A DNA stretch of 63,633 bases, filler included, from Schmidtea nova (Eukaryota), in assembly GCA_044892505.1 (NCBI GenBank). It is 4 parts of 2 records of this genome, joined end to end, with 100 filler letters (N's around TTAATTAATTAA, not from the genome) between each part and the next. Parts side by side here need not be neighbours in the genome. Positions count along the whole stretch, not along the records: positions 42,742 to 63,633 come from CM097883.1; 3 more parts are not named here. One strand, given 5' to 3'. Below, piece by piece: positions 52,353 through 63,633 of the stretch (positions are counted from its first letter, which is position 1; each line of letters starts with the position of its first letter). A model generated the notes under the pieces. That model worked only from the letters and a program-made list of their open reading frames with translations, had not been told where the DNA came from and searched no databases. A program made the position numbers and the translations under genes.

Positions 52353-53200
52353 TGTTATAATGAAGCGGTAACACAGCACGAAGAGAGCGCGTAAGAAGTA
52401 AATTTAAAATTCCATAAGCTAAAACATCAAGTAAAACACAGTAGTCCCAAAACACAGAAAAAAATTAAATAAAGCACGTTTAAAAATTAAAATGAACAAT
52501 AGCGCATTAAGTATACGCGTTAAAAACACAAATATAACATAAAAACAGAAATTAGAAAAAATGGCACATTTTTAGAAGGGAAATTTTGATGTTTACCTTA
52601 AAACTCATAAAATATGAACGAAATTGTTTTAGATAAAAATTTAGTAAATTAAACTAAATTAGAAAAACTTTAATTTAAAAGTAAAATCTTAAATTAAAAA
52701 TAAATTATTTAAAGTTTTATTAAAATTTTATATAAAAATAAAAATTAGATTTTGCTTAAAATTATTAAATTTAATTTGGGAAAAGTCCAAAATTCCTTCT
52801 AGAACAATTTGTTTTAATTCATCAATGAAAACAACAGACAAAAACCCAAATATATATACCGCCATCCAAAATCTAGAATTCAGAATTTATTCCGAATTTT
52901 GCAGTTACTAAGTTTTCAGAATTTATTGCTTTCCAAGTGGTGTCCAAATATCTGATAGAACACTCATTCTACAACGTTGCATAAATCTGAAAAAAGAACC
53001 AAAAAATAGTATCAGATATCTACACAAAAGTATACAACGTCATTTCATCAAAACACACGGTGCAATTAATATTCCATAATCAGAAAATCACTTCTGGAGA
53101 ATCTCGCTGTTCGATATAAGAACAATGTTTCTTTCAGCATGAGCTAGCGAGCCATACCCTCGTTACTCGATGCTGGATATTTTATATTCATTTTTATTTG
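52353..53200. repeat. Dispersed repeat family B (other copies ~56175-57110, ~58005-58860; partial ~5820-5990)
   Basis: Shared GAAGCG(G/T)TAACACA start, CCTTCY(A/C)G(A/G)AC(A/G)ATT(T)GTTTTA, ATA(C/A)CGCCATC(C/A)AAA and a terminal hairpin. Confidence 0.8.
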
Positions 53201-53509
53201 ATATAATATTATTTACATTGTTATAATTTATGTCTATGTGAATTTAGGTCTACTAACACTGTTTATTTTATATTTATGATTATTTTATGTGTTATAATAA
53301 TAATTTTAAAAGTTGAATTTTAAATGATTATTTTATGTTTTATAATAAGTATAATTTTAAAAGCTGAACCATAATTTTAAATATTTCATTAAACTCGTCA
53401 CAATTTTCCATTTAACTTAATATACAATTAAGTTTACCTTTTACATCATTCATTTAACTACATATTATAATGTTATATAATCTTTTCTTTTTCTTCCATA
53501 CTATTAAAA

Positions 53510-53720
53510 GTCAGTCCGGCCCATGAGCTGTACTGATGAAAGTAGCCTATGTGGATTTCTGTTCTGTTGAGGCCCATCAACTGACCATCCCATATTTTTA
53601 TCTAAGGTGAGGCACACACACTCATGATCACTTCATCCCAGTCGTTGTCGTTGAACAGTGTCTTGGCCAAGGGCAAGGTTGTTATATTAATGATAGTTGA
53701 ATTACAGTGTTATATTTTAT
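53510..53720. repeat. Dispersed repeat family D (second copy ~59075-59300)
   Basis: Shared TGAAAGTAG...ATCACTTCATCCCA...GAACAGTG(T/G)CTTGGCCAAGGGCAA...ATATTAATGAT. Confidence 0.8.
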
Positions 53721-56700
53721 CTGAATTATACGACACCTCACACATTTTGCATTAAATAATTTGACAAAAGTGTTACTTCTTTGTTTCATTCGGTACGCAC
53801 TCATATTCATCCTCATCCGCCTAAAGATAATAAATCGATAAACTTAAATTATTCCGAAAAAAGCTTCATTTATATAATTGATACTGCAATGCATAAAACC
53901 AAACTAGGTTTAAGAATCAAAATCTTAGCCTCAGAAATTTGATCGGAATAAATAAATTCTTAATATTATAAATCTTTCCAAAGGAAATTCAATTATTTCG
54001 TGAAATGTGAAGTTTATTATAAAAGTTATTACCCGTTTAATATTTATACACATAAATTTTAGTAAAATTTTTATTAATAATCTTATTTATAAAAATAGAT
54101 TTTATATTTTAAATTATAATTTCCCTGCATATAAATTGATTTTCTGTATTATCGATTATTATGATAAAAGTAATTAACAGTGATTATATGAATATTATAT
54201 TAAAATTAATCGCAGAACTCCAAAAACGATTTTCGCCTAAGTATAATTAAAGTAAATAATATAAAAAATTTTATTAAGGCACTCAAAATGGGCATTAAAC
54301 TTTCTATCGGTATACCTTGAACCCACTGAGATGTTCGGTCAATCATAGTTTTGATATTTTTTCGACACTCACTGTTTGTGGATATCCACCCATTTGTTGC
54401 ATTACCAACGTTACATTGTGACGAGCACAAGATTGTTAAGCTAATGTTTTATGTGTTGAGTTGTTGATAGGAGCCATAGCAACTTCAAGGTCAGATTGAC
54501 GGTCAACAACCCACTATTGTATAAAAATTTGACCTACAATCAAATTGTGTGTTCTCTTTTGATGTGCCTCTTTACGATCGTTTTTTCATATCTTGATCAA
54601 CTATAAATTACGGTTTGTATGTCTACTGTATTGGTGCTTGTACTAAACTTTGACTTTTAATATTTTGTGTTTTCGTGAATTTATATTATCTTATAGTGAT
54701 GCAGGTGTATTTTTGAAGAATTAAAACAAACAGAAATTCCATTTATACTAGCCAAATAAATGTGTGTAGAAACTAGTTAGCAGTAAATGGTATTTCAAAA
54801 GATATAAAACACTGAATTAAATGGTCTTTGAAAAAAAAGTAATGAGCGTAAGATCTTCAATCAGCAGCAGGAACCCGAAAAGATAATGCAATGAAAAATA
54901 CTTTTAGTTACAAAGCTCGCCTGCTCATTGGTTCTTAATCCACTGTATACAGTATCAACATAATTACCGGAAACTTTATGGATATGAGTAAAAATAGTAG
55001 TGTTCTGTTATTGGGTCGTTGGTGACTTTATAATTAACAAATTATTACCCTGACTCCAAACGTGCTCTTAATTGAACCACAATAACAACTGACAGCAGGA
55101 AATTTTTTTGAATATCACAAATAATTTCAATTTACAATGAACTGACCAAATTCAAAAAAACTACAGCTGATTATACAGTGCTTATTACGACACTAGTGAA
55201 AAATAGCACTAGTGTATAATCGATATTCGAAATCACTCACTACTGGGGAGTATAGCAATTGGTAAGTTGGCTGGTTGTTTTCTTAATTTGACTTGGATTT
55301 ACCCGCTGAATTTTACTAGCTTTATTTTCTCAAACTCTTGAATAAGCTCCTGCTGCTTATCCCTTAATTTCTGATTTCAATTGTTGGATTCCCCTTTTGA
55401 CTTTTCTTTAACTTTCTCTGGACGTTTTTCTCCTTCAAATTTCTCCTGTTTTCCTCTGACTTCAGTTTTTAAACGCAAATATTCTCCGCAAAATATGTTC
55501 TCTCAAATGTTCTGTCTCAAACGTTGTCTCTAAAATATTCTGTCTACAATGTTCTCTCTAATAACTTCTGTATACAATGTTGTGTGTCCTCTTCTGAGGT
55601 GCTTCCTCCTTTTATACCTCTTCACTTTGTAACACTTAAAATTATCAGCTGTTATTCCATTTTTCCAACATGATTTCCCATTCATCTTCTCAGCAACGGA
55701 ATTATCTTTCACAGCTGTCAAGATAACCTCTGTTTTTTCCTTTTTGCCGCTCCGACTTGTTTGATTTTTGCCACATTATCTCTGACCGGTTGTCGAGATA
55801 AAATTCTTGTTGTTGTTTTTGTTTTTCCCAACTTTAGAATTTCTTCCTATTTGCACTAGTTAATTAGTGCTGACCTCTATTTCGTTTTGCTTGTCTGATT
55901 TTTTTTCTTTTGTTTCCCCTTCTCATTTCTCATTCCTTTTTATTTCCGTTTTATTTCCCAGGCTCCAATCAATTGTGTCATTCCCCATTACGATTTTCCC
56001 CCAAGTAATTTTGTTTATTGATTATATTATTTCCAATTTAGGTATCCTCAACAGTAGCATTTCCTGACATTATCTAGGTTATAGTAACCATAGTAACAAC
56101 ATAAACCCAACAACACAAGTACCAACAACCTTATTATCGAATTGCATATTGTTGCGCAAAAACAAAAAATTTAAAAGAAGCGTTAACACAGCAAGTAGGA
56201 AGGGCGCAAGAAGTTAATTTAAAATTCTTGGAGACAGAACACTAAGTAAAACACAATAATCACAAAATACCGAAATAATTAAATAAAACACGTGTAAAAA
56301 TTAAAATGAACAAAAGTGCATTAAGTATACACGTGAAAAACACATATATAACATAAAAACATCAATTATAAAAATTAATATGTTTTCCGGAAGAAGATTT
56401 CGATTTTATCCTAAAAATTCGTAAAAACATTAAATTAAATTGTTTTAGTTAAAAATGTAACAAATTAAACTAAATTAGAAAAAACTTTAATTGAAAAGTT
56501 AAATTTTGGATTGAAAATAAACTATTTAAAGTTTAATTAAAATTTTATGCAAAAATAATAATTTGATTTGGCGTAAAATTGTTAAATTTAATTTTGAAAG
56601 AATCGAAAATTCCTTCTCGGACAATTTGTTTTACTGCATCAATGAACACAACACACAAAAAGTCCTATATATAACGCCATCAAAATGAAAGTCATTCAGA

Positions 56701-57217
56701 ATTTGCGAGAAAATTTTTGTTTAAATTAATATCAGAATTTGCGTTAATTTTTGTGAGAAAAACCTTCTCAGAATTTGCAACAGAATTTTGCTAAAAGTTC
56801 TTCGGGTCAAATCTTCTCAGTTTATTGCAAAAGTTTAATCCGTGTAAAATAGGAGCCTCGACAAAAGAGTTTCTTTCAAAGAAAAGTTTTCAACCGTTAT
56901 AGTGCAAATCTATCCCAGCGTAAATAGAATCCGAGAAAACCCATCCATAGAATAAGCCACACGATTCATAGAGCCTTACACTCGAGCCGAACATAAAGAA
57001 TGTGTCTACTTCACTGATCTCGGAGAAACTGTCTAAAACAATTATGTAAGGATGATGCCTTTGTTCTGATAGGGATAGCGAGTCATGCCCTCGTTATCCC
57101 ACCTGAGTATTTTAACTTTATTGTTATTATGTTTGAATTAATTTATATTAATTTATATTCTTTTTAAGCATTATGAATTATACAAGTAAAGCTTTGTGAT
57201 ACCCAGTGCAAATCCCA

Positions 57218-57259
57218 ATAGCAGACTAGTTTCAAACTTTTGGATCTCATCAGTGCTAT
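57218..57259 (-). ncRNA. Minimal hammerhead (type 3), copy with an intact core
   Basis: ATAGCA-CTGATGA-GATC-CAAAA-GTTT-GAAA-CTAG-TC-TGCTAT: perfect 6-bp stem I, palindromic stem III (ACTAGT), GUC triplet. Stem II has one mismatch and one G-U. Confidence 0.8.
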
Positions 57260-59001
57260 GCAAGAGACACGAAAAATTTTCTCCGCGCCAGGTAAGTATA
57301 AAACAAAGTCGAAAGAATTTTGTTAAATATTATTTCTAGTACACTGGATATCACATCACTTGCATATTATTGCCTAATAAAATTTATAATAACTTACCTT
57401 TTCAATAATTCATAAATATCTAAAAAATATATTTATAAAATTATTAGATACTTAACTTAAAATATTAAATAAAATATGTAATTAAATTAAAATATATAAA
57501 AACAGCTTTAAAATATGACTTAAAAACATAATAAATAATAATTACTCACCAATTGCCTGTAATAAGTGCCTTGTGGTCCTTAATTACAGACTGTTGGTGT
57601 AAGAGAAAAGAAACATTAACTTACTAGAAATCAAATTGTAGCATTTTTGGATTTCGTCTAAGAATTAATAAATTAATTTAATCGATTTAATTTAAAAGGG
57701 CAATGACAAAGATTTACCCACTCTGTAATGAAATTTTGAAAAACTCTCCTAATTTTTTGTTGTCAAATCTAAAGTATAATAGAAAAAAATTATAGAAATC
57801 CAACAACCGATGCCGTTGCTAAGGCCTCGTAAGATTTTTAAAAATTAACATTAATTTTTTAGTAAAATCGTAAATATATTTATAAGTAAGATAGACATTA
57901 GGTTAGCATATAGGTGGAACTTTAATTAAATTTTATACATAAAAATACAAAAATTTTAAAGAACCATAAAAAGTGATAGTTATGTTGCGCCAAAACTGCA
58001 AATTGTGTAAATGAAGCGGTAACACAATAAGTAGAGAGCGCGCAAGATTCTAATTTAACCAAAGCATCAAGTAAAATTGAAGTAGTTAAATGGAAACACA
58101 CCTAAATATTAAAGTGGACCAAAGTGCATTAACAAGTAGAGAGCGCACAAGACTCTAATCTAAAGTCCCATAATCAAAACATCAAGGAAAAATCAAAATG
58201 GTTAAAAGAAACACGTCTAAAAAACTAGAATAGACAAAAAACACATCGAATATGCACGTAGAGAACGCATTTACGTTATAAAACCTCGGTTGTGGAAATT
58301 TAGCATGTTTGCAGAAGGAAGATTACGATTTTATCTTAAAAATTCGTAAAAATATAAAAGAAAATGATTTTGATCGGAATTACAACAAATTAAATCAAAT
58401 TAGAATAAACTTTAATTCAAAAGTAAAATTTTGGATTAAAAAGAAATTATTTAAAGTTTTATAAAAATTTGATGTAAAATTATTATTTTGGTTTTGTGGA
58501 AAATTGTTGAAATTTATTTCAAGAAAATTAAAATCTCCTTCCAGAACGAATTGTTTTAATACCTTAATGGAATTAAAAATACAGAAAATTTTATATAAAT
58601 ACCGCCATCAAAATGGAGAAATTTAATGCTATTTTGCAAAAGATTTGCGGAGGAATTTTGTTGCTAAAAATTTGAGGATTTTAGCAGGGAAATTTTTACA
58701 AAGAATCTCTTACTACTAATATACTAGTGTGACTCTACCAGAATATTACGAAAGAAGATTATTTGTGATCGGGAATCGAATTATTCGTAAGAAACTTGAT
58801 TTTGTTTCCTAATTATAAAGGCCCGAGAAATCATGCCCTTGCTACCCGGCCTAGGTATTTTTCCTTATTTTAACCTTATTCTATATGTGTACTATATGAT
58901 ATTTTATGTATTCTTTTATGAAAATTATAATTTTTTATATTCAAACTTTTATAAAATTTCGTCACATTTTCTCAGTTACTAATATCATTTTATTGTTATT
59001 T

Positions 59002-59040
<39 letters not shown>

Positions 59041-59515
59041 TTTTTTATGTATTTCATTAAAACCACTTCCATACCCTCTGACATCTGTTCAGGCTTTGAG
59101 CCGTACGGGTGAAAGTAGTCTCAGTGGATCGCTGGTTCGATTTTTCGATTTTTCCAATTCAGGTGATACGCCCAAACATCCATTATCACTTCATCCCAAC
59201 TGGGGAACAGTGGCTTGGCCAAGGGCAATGTTTTCATATTAATGATCATCAATTTATATTAATGTATTTTTATTTGAATTATATTTTACAACATACAATA
59301 AATTAAGATTTTATATCTTGATGAAAATCAACGTCAATTCGTCCAGTGTTATCTTTATTTCCAAAAAACTTATTAGTCTAAAACACACAGCTCGTTATTC
59401 GCCTTCGCTTTCGCAAAAACCTTCTTATCTCCTCAGAACTTATGATCCAAATGGAAGTTGAAATTATGAAAATTGTTAAAAACAGATGCTCAAAAATCAA
59501 TATAGTTATTTAGAT

Positions 59516-62056
59516 CAGCGTTTCTCAACCTTTTTTTGGTCTGTGGCCCCTTTTGAGATTTTATTTTTGGTGTGCCCCCCCTCCAATATTTGTTCGAAAA
59601 AAGTAGGCATTAAAAACAAAACGTTATTTAAAAATTCCAAAATATATTTTTAATAAACTTGTACATATATAAAACATACATATTTTTTCAACAAATTATG
59701 TAAAGAAATTGATCGTCTACTTTATTTAGTGTGATCCTTGTGCTTGGTGCAATTTAGCGAGTTTATTAATTTCGGGCTTCAATGTTGTTAGCGACATATG
59801 CAGATCGCCTCTTTGCACAACATCAAGACGGTTACGTGCTTTTGAGAGGAGATGCATAACTCGACTAAATCCAGATTCAACCAAATGAGAAGTGGGAAAT
59901 GCAATGAAATATAACCTCGCTTTCTCCCATAACCGTGGAAATGTACTGACTATTTCATTGCAGATCTAGAAATTATCTTTATTTAATTTAAATCTAATTT
60001 GTGCATTCATATCACTTTGCAAGTCCACAAGACTTTCTTGCAGTTCGATATTGATATCAGCTGCATTCACACTAAATGGATTAATCACCCAATCTGAAAT
60101 ATTTAAATTAATAATATCAATAAATCAAACTCGCATATCCTCACGAAGCTGTTTCAAATGATTAATATATATTTCCAAATCATCATCTTGTATTTCATTT
60201 AAAATTGTGACCAATGATGAAAATTGCGCTAACTCACGACGACCAATATTTGTTATGAAAAGATTCAGCTTTCCCAAAAAAGCATAAATTACTTTTTTAC
60301 ACGTTATGAGATTACAATTTATTCCTTGTAACTGTTTGTTTAATAAATTAAGTTTTTCAAATATATCTGATAAATAAAATATATCACATTTTTCACTAAC
60401 TATCTCCTCTCCGAATTCTGCATCTTTCATGAAAGATATAATACTATTCCAAAGCACAACAAACCGTTTTAAACTATTGCCCTTCGATAACCACCGAACT
60501 TTTGTGTGTAATAGGAGGCGCTCAAAGCCTTTCTCATTTTTTTTCACATAGTTGTCGGAAGATGCGATCTCGAAGTGGACTTATTTAATGAAATTTATTG
60601 TTTTTATTACAATATTAAGAGATTCATGTAAACGCCCTCCTAACATTTTTGCAACCAAATGTTGACGATGAATTACGCAATGTATACAAAAAATATTTGG
60701 CACATCATTCTTCAGATATGTGATAAATCCTCGATATTTACCAACCATTGAAGCAGCCCCATTGGTTGCACATGCTAGTATATTTTCAAGCGGGATATTT
60801 TTCTCTATAAAAATTTTTTTAACTTCTTGATATATCTTTTCACCTTTTGTGTCAGTTTTAAGTTTTCTGGCAAAGAGCATTTCTTCGATAAATTTGTCAT
60901 TATCTTGAAATCTAAAATACGCCATTAATAGAGCTTCACTATCACGTATAGAAGATTTATCTAATTGCAGGGCAAACTTCTTAACTTGCAAATGAGCAAT
61001 TAGTTGTTTTTCCACATCATCTGCCATTTCATCGATACGCCTTGATACTGAAGAATTGCTCAAAGGAATAACTTGAGTAATTGCATTTGGGTTCTGATTC
61101 ATGACCCTTGAAATAACAATAGACACTGATGGCAAAATCAAAGATTCAATAATAGAATGTTCTCTTCCAACTTTTGCAATTAACTGCGAAATCTCATAAG
61201 AAGCAATTAATCCATTGTCAATCATCGATGACTTTTCATTAAATAGTTGTAAAATTGTTTTTCTTGATCAAAAATCATCTCGAACTTTTTTAAAAAATTC
61301 AACTGGCTTGTCTTTTTTGTCTTCATGTGTAGTTTCTAAATGTTTTCGTAATTTGCATGGTCGCATACTCTCGTTTGATAATACAGCCATACACAATAAA
61401 CACATAGGCTTTTTAATATCTACTGTTGATTGAATAAATCCATACGCGAGATAATCGATAGAATATTGTCGACATTTTTTTAGTCTCTCTACTCATGGTT
61501 ATCTAAAAAAATATTTTTATTTTAATAAAATTTGCTATTAAAGTGATTTAAAAAATCTCATTGTTCTTGAATTACATATGCATACATATGTAATAAGAAA
61601 AAAACATATGTAATAAGAACATTACAATAAAGATAAAATCGAAAATTTATAAAAACTTACAATTTGAAGAAAATTATAATTCACTGTTGAAAGATCGAAT
61701 TGTTCTACGTCTAAACTCAAAAAGTGTCAAAACTTGACTAACAATAACAAGAATGTGCTTTGCGAACACGTGCAAGATTCAACTTGTCTTTGTTTACGCA
61801 ATACAAACGCACAGTCAAAAGAAACAAATATATTTAATATTATATTACCTGTATGTATTATAATTATTATATTTAATTATTAAAATGGTGTGACAACTAA
61901 ATCTTTCTGGCTCAATTTTTTCAATTTAATTTACTTATAATATTTTATGATTTAGTCTGAGCTGTGGCCCCTAGAGTTTGCTATGGCTCCTCAAAAGTTT
62001 ATTTTTGACCCGTGGCCCCCTTGAAAATTCTGTGGCCCCCAGGTTTAGAATCTCTG
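59516..62056 (-). mobile_element. hAT (Buster/ZBED5-like) transposon, 2541 bp
   Basis: TIR CAGCGTTTCTCAACCT / CAGAGATTCTAAACCT, perfect 8-bp TSD ATTTAGAT (59508-59515 and 62057-62064), GTGGCCCC subterminal repeats. Confidence 0.95.
59726..61496 (-). pseudogene. hAT transposase pseudogene
   Basis: PMCLLC BED-like start, ALQLDKSS, CATNGAASM (D changed to N), CIHCVIHRQHL, HTKVRWLSKG. Frameshifts present. Confidence 0.92.
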
Positions 62057-63633
62057 ATTTAGATCATGACAGAAGAAGTGAATAATTGTCGATTTATAAA
62101 AATTCAAACCTCATAGAATTATAAAATTATAAAATTACAAAGATTTACTCAAAAACCACAGCTCAATGATTATTAAAAATGCTTCGAACATGTGAATAAA
62201 AATTGATTTCATCTATTTGAACTTCATTAAACCAAAGACTTTTGTAAAGATTTATAATTTATTTTCATTTTTTTATTTAATATATAAAATTTTTTAGATT
62301 GAATTTTTATTTAGATTGCGAAATGTTTCGATAAAATTTTATTATTGTATGGATTTTATAGAATTTCAAATTTGATCATAAAAATAAAAATTTACTTTTG
62401 TAGATACTATATTACGAAAAATTTATAATAAAAAAAATTATAAATCAAAACTTTTCCTAGAAATTTTTAAATCAAAAATTATATTGGAACACATGCAAAT
62501 TATAAATCAAAAATATTATTATTATATTAAAAATTTTATCATTTTATAAAATTCCAAATTTGAAATTTCGTAGAAAATTTACAATTAGTATAAATATCCT
62601 TAAAATATAAAACATAGAATCCAAAAATTTATATTATAAAAATTAGAAATTTTATTATTATATAACTTTCATAAAATTATAAATTTAAAATTTTTAGAAA
62701 GTATTATAAAATTATTATTATTATTTTTGAAAATATTTTATATATTATTTTATAAAATACCCCCCACGATATCACAAAAATCGTAGTGCATCCATATTTG
62801 CAAAACTTTACATCCTTTTCATTCATTAGTAACACCCATACCTAATACAATACAAAAATATATTCAATTCTTAACACACACATACTACCACATTTCAATC
62901 AATAAGATCTCCTATACTAGACACTACAATAGACAATACATCCATCCACCAACATACACAACATTGTTTCATTCAACAACGTCTGTCTGCATCATACATC
63001 CAGAATTCCTACAGACACTCACTTAATCTCACCCATCACTAAATTACTTATTTCGCCCAACAATCCATTCAACATACAATCACCTCAATAAAAATTCATA
63101 ACAAATCTATAATAGTATACATACACACAAACTTGAAATCACCACGTTTTATCTCACTAAACCCAGGGAAAATTAACATCCCATACCATAAACAGTCACT
63201 CAGCACAACATCCATCGATCCGACCTCCTTACATCTCACAATCTTGCCCCATAAATTCATCAAATCAACCTAGCTAGCAATCTACATCCATACCCAACGC
63301 ACTACACATGAGAATTAAATTCTCCACCCACCCACACATATTAGTTCGCTTCATCCACCAAACATACATCATAGACAGCATCTTAAATTCCCAGAAGTAA
63401 AGGTAGTAATCCATCCATTTTGATTATCGTCAAGCCACTTCCAACCTAGGTCAGCATCAATAATGGCATTTACAGATAAACTACTTCTACTCCAACCATA
63501 CACCTGGGAAATTTAGTCAAATTCCCCAGACTACAGTGAAAATAAATACATATTAGTTTTTTTTGTTAAATTTAACGGATCCATCCATGAAAAACCACCA
63601 GACCTCAACAAACATACAACAAATAGAACTCGA

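Noticed and set aside
57390-57770. Three minus-strand micro-exon candidates with GT-AG boundaries
   Set aside because: The phases are incompatible; every splice combination tried gives an immediate stop.
62760-63633. Mitochondrial insertion (NUMT) suggested by the GT-rich minus strand
   Set aside because: Translation with the flatworm mitochondrial code still gives stops and no recognisable mitochondrial protein, rRNA or tRNA.

Overview
AT-rich animal genomic DNA (standard code, 41-61 nt GT-AG introns). It is planarian-like in character, but the species cannot be determined from this window. Three artificial 100-bp spacers (44N-TTAATTAATTAA-44N) join contigs, so adjacency across 24604, 35838 and 42642 is not trustworthy. 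Host genes: an intronless PIM-like pseudokinase, the last three exons of MMADHC, one exon of an Hv1-type proton channel, one exon of a Cav3 T-type calcium channel and the last two exons of DHODH. The rest is mostly transposons: piggyBac, IS630/Tc1, pogo-like, three Buster-type hATs with perfect 8-bp TSDs, MULE, Penelope-like elements with three types of minimal hammerhead ribozyme, a foldback-like structure and several LTR-like repeat families. The most unusual object is a young 5.5-kb LTR retroelement (7123-12611; 1084-bp LTRs differing at about 3 sites; tRNA-iMet PBS; PPT). Its single reading frame runs from inside the 5' LTR into the 3' LTR, broken only by one TAA directly followed by ATG. 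It encodes a mosaic of captured polyubiquitin, an Hsp90 middle-domain fragment, a long acidic/coiled-coil region and three short in-frame islands of BEL/Pao pol. All family and gene calls come from motifs recognised by eye, not from database searches.
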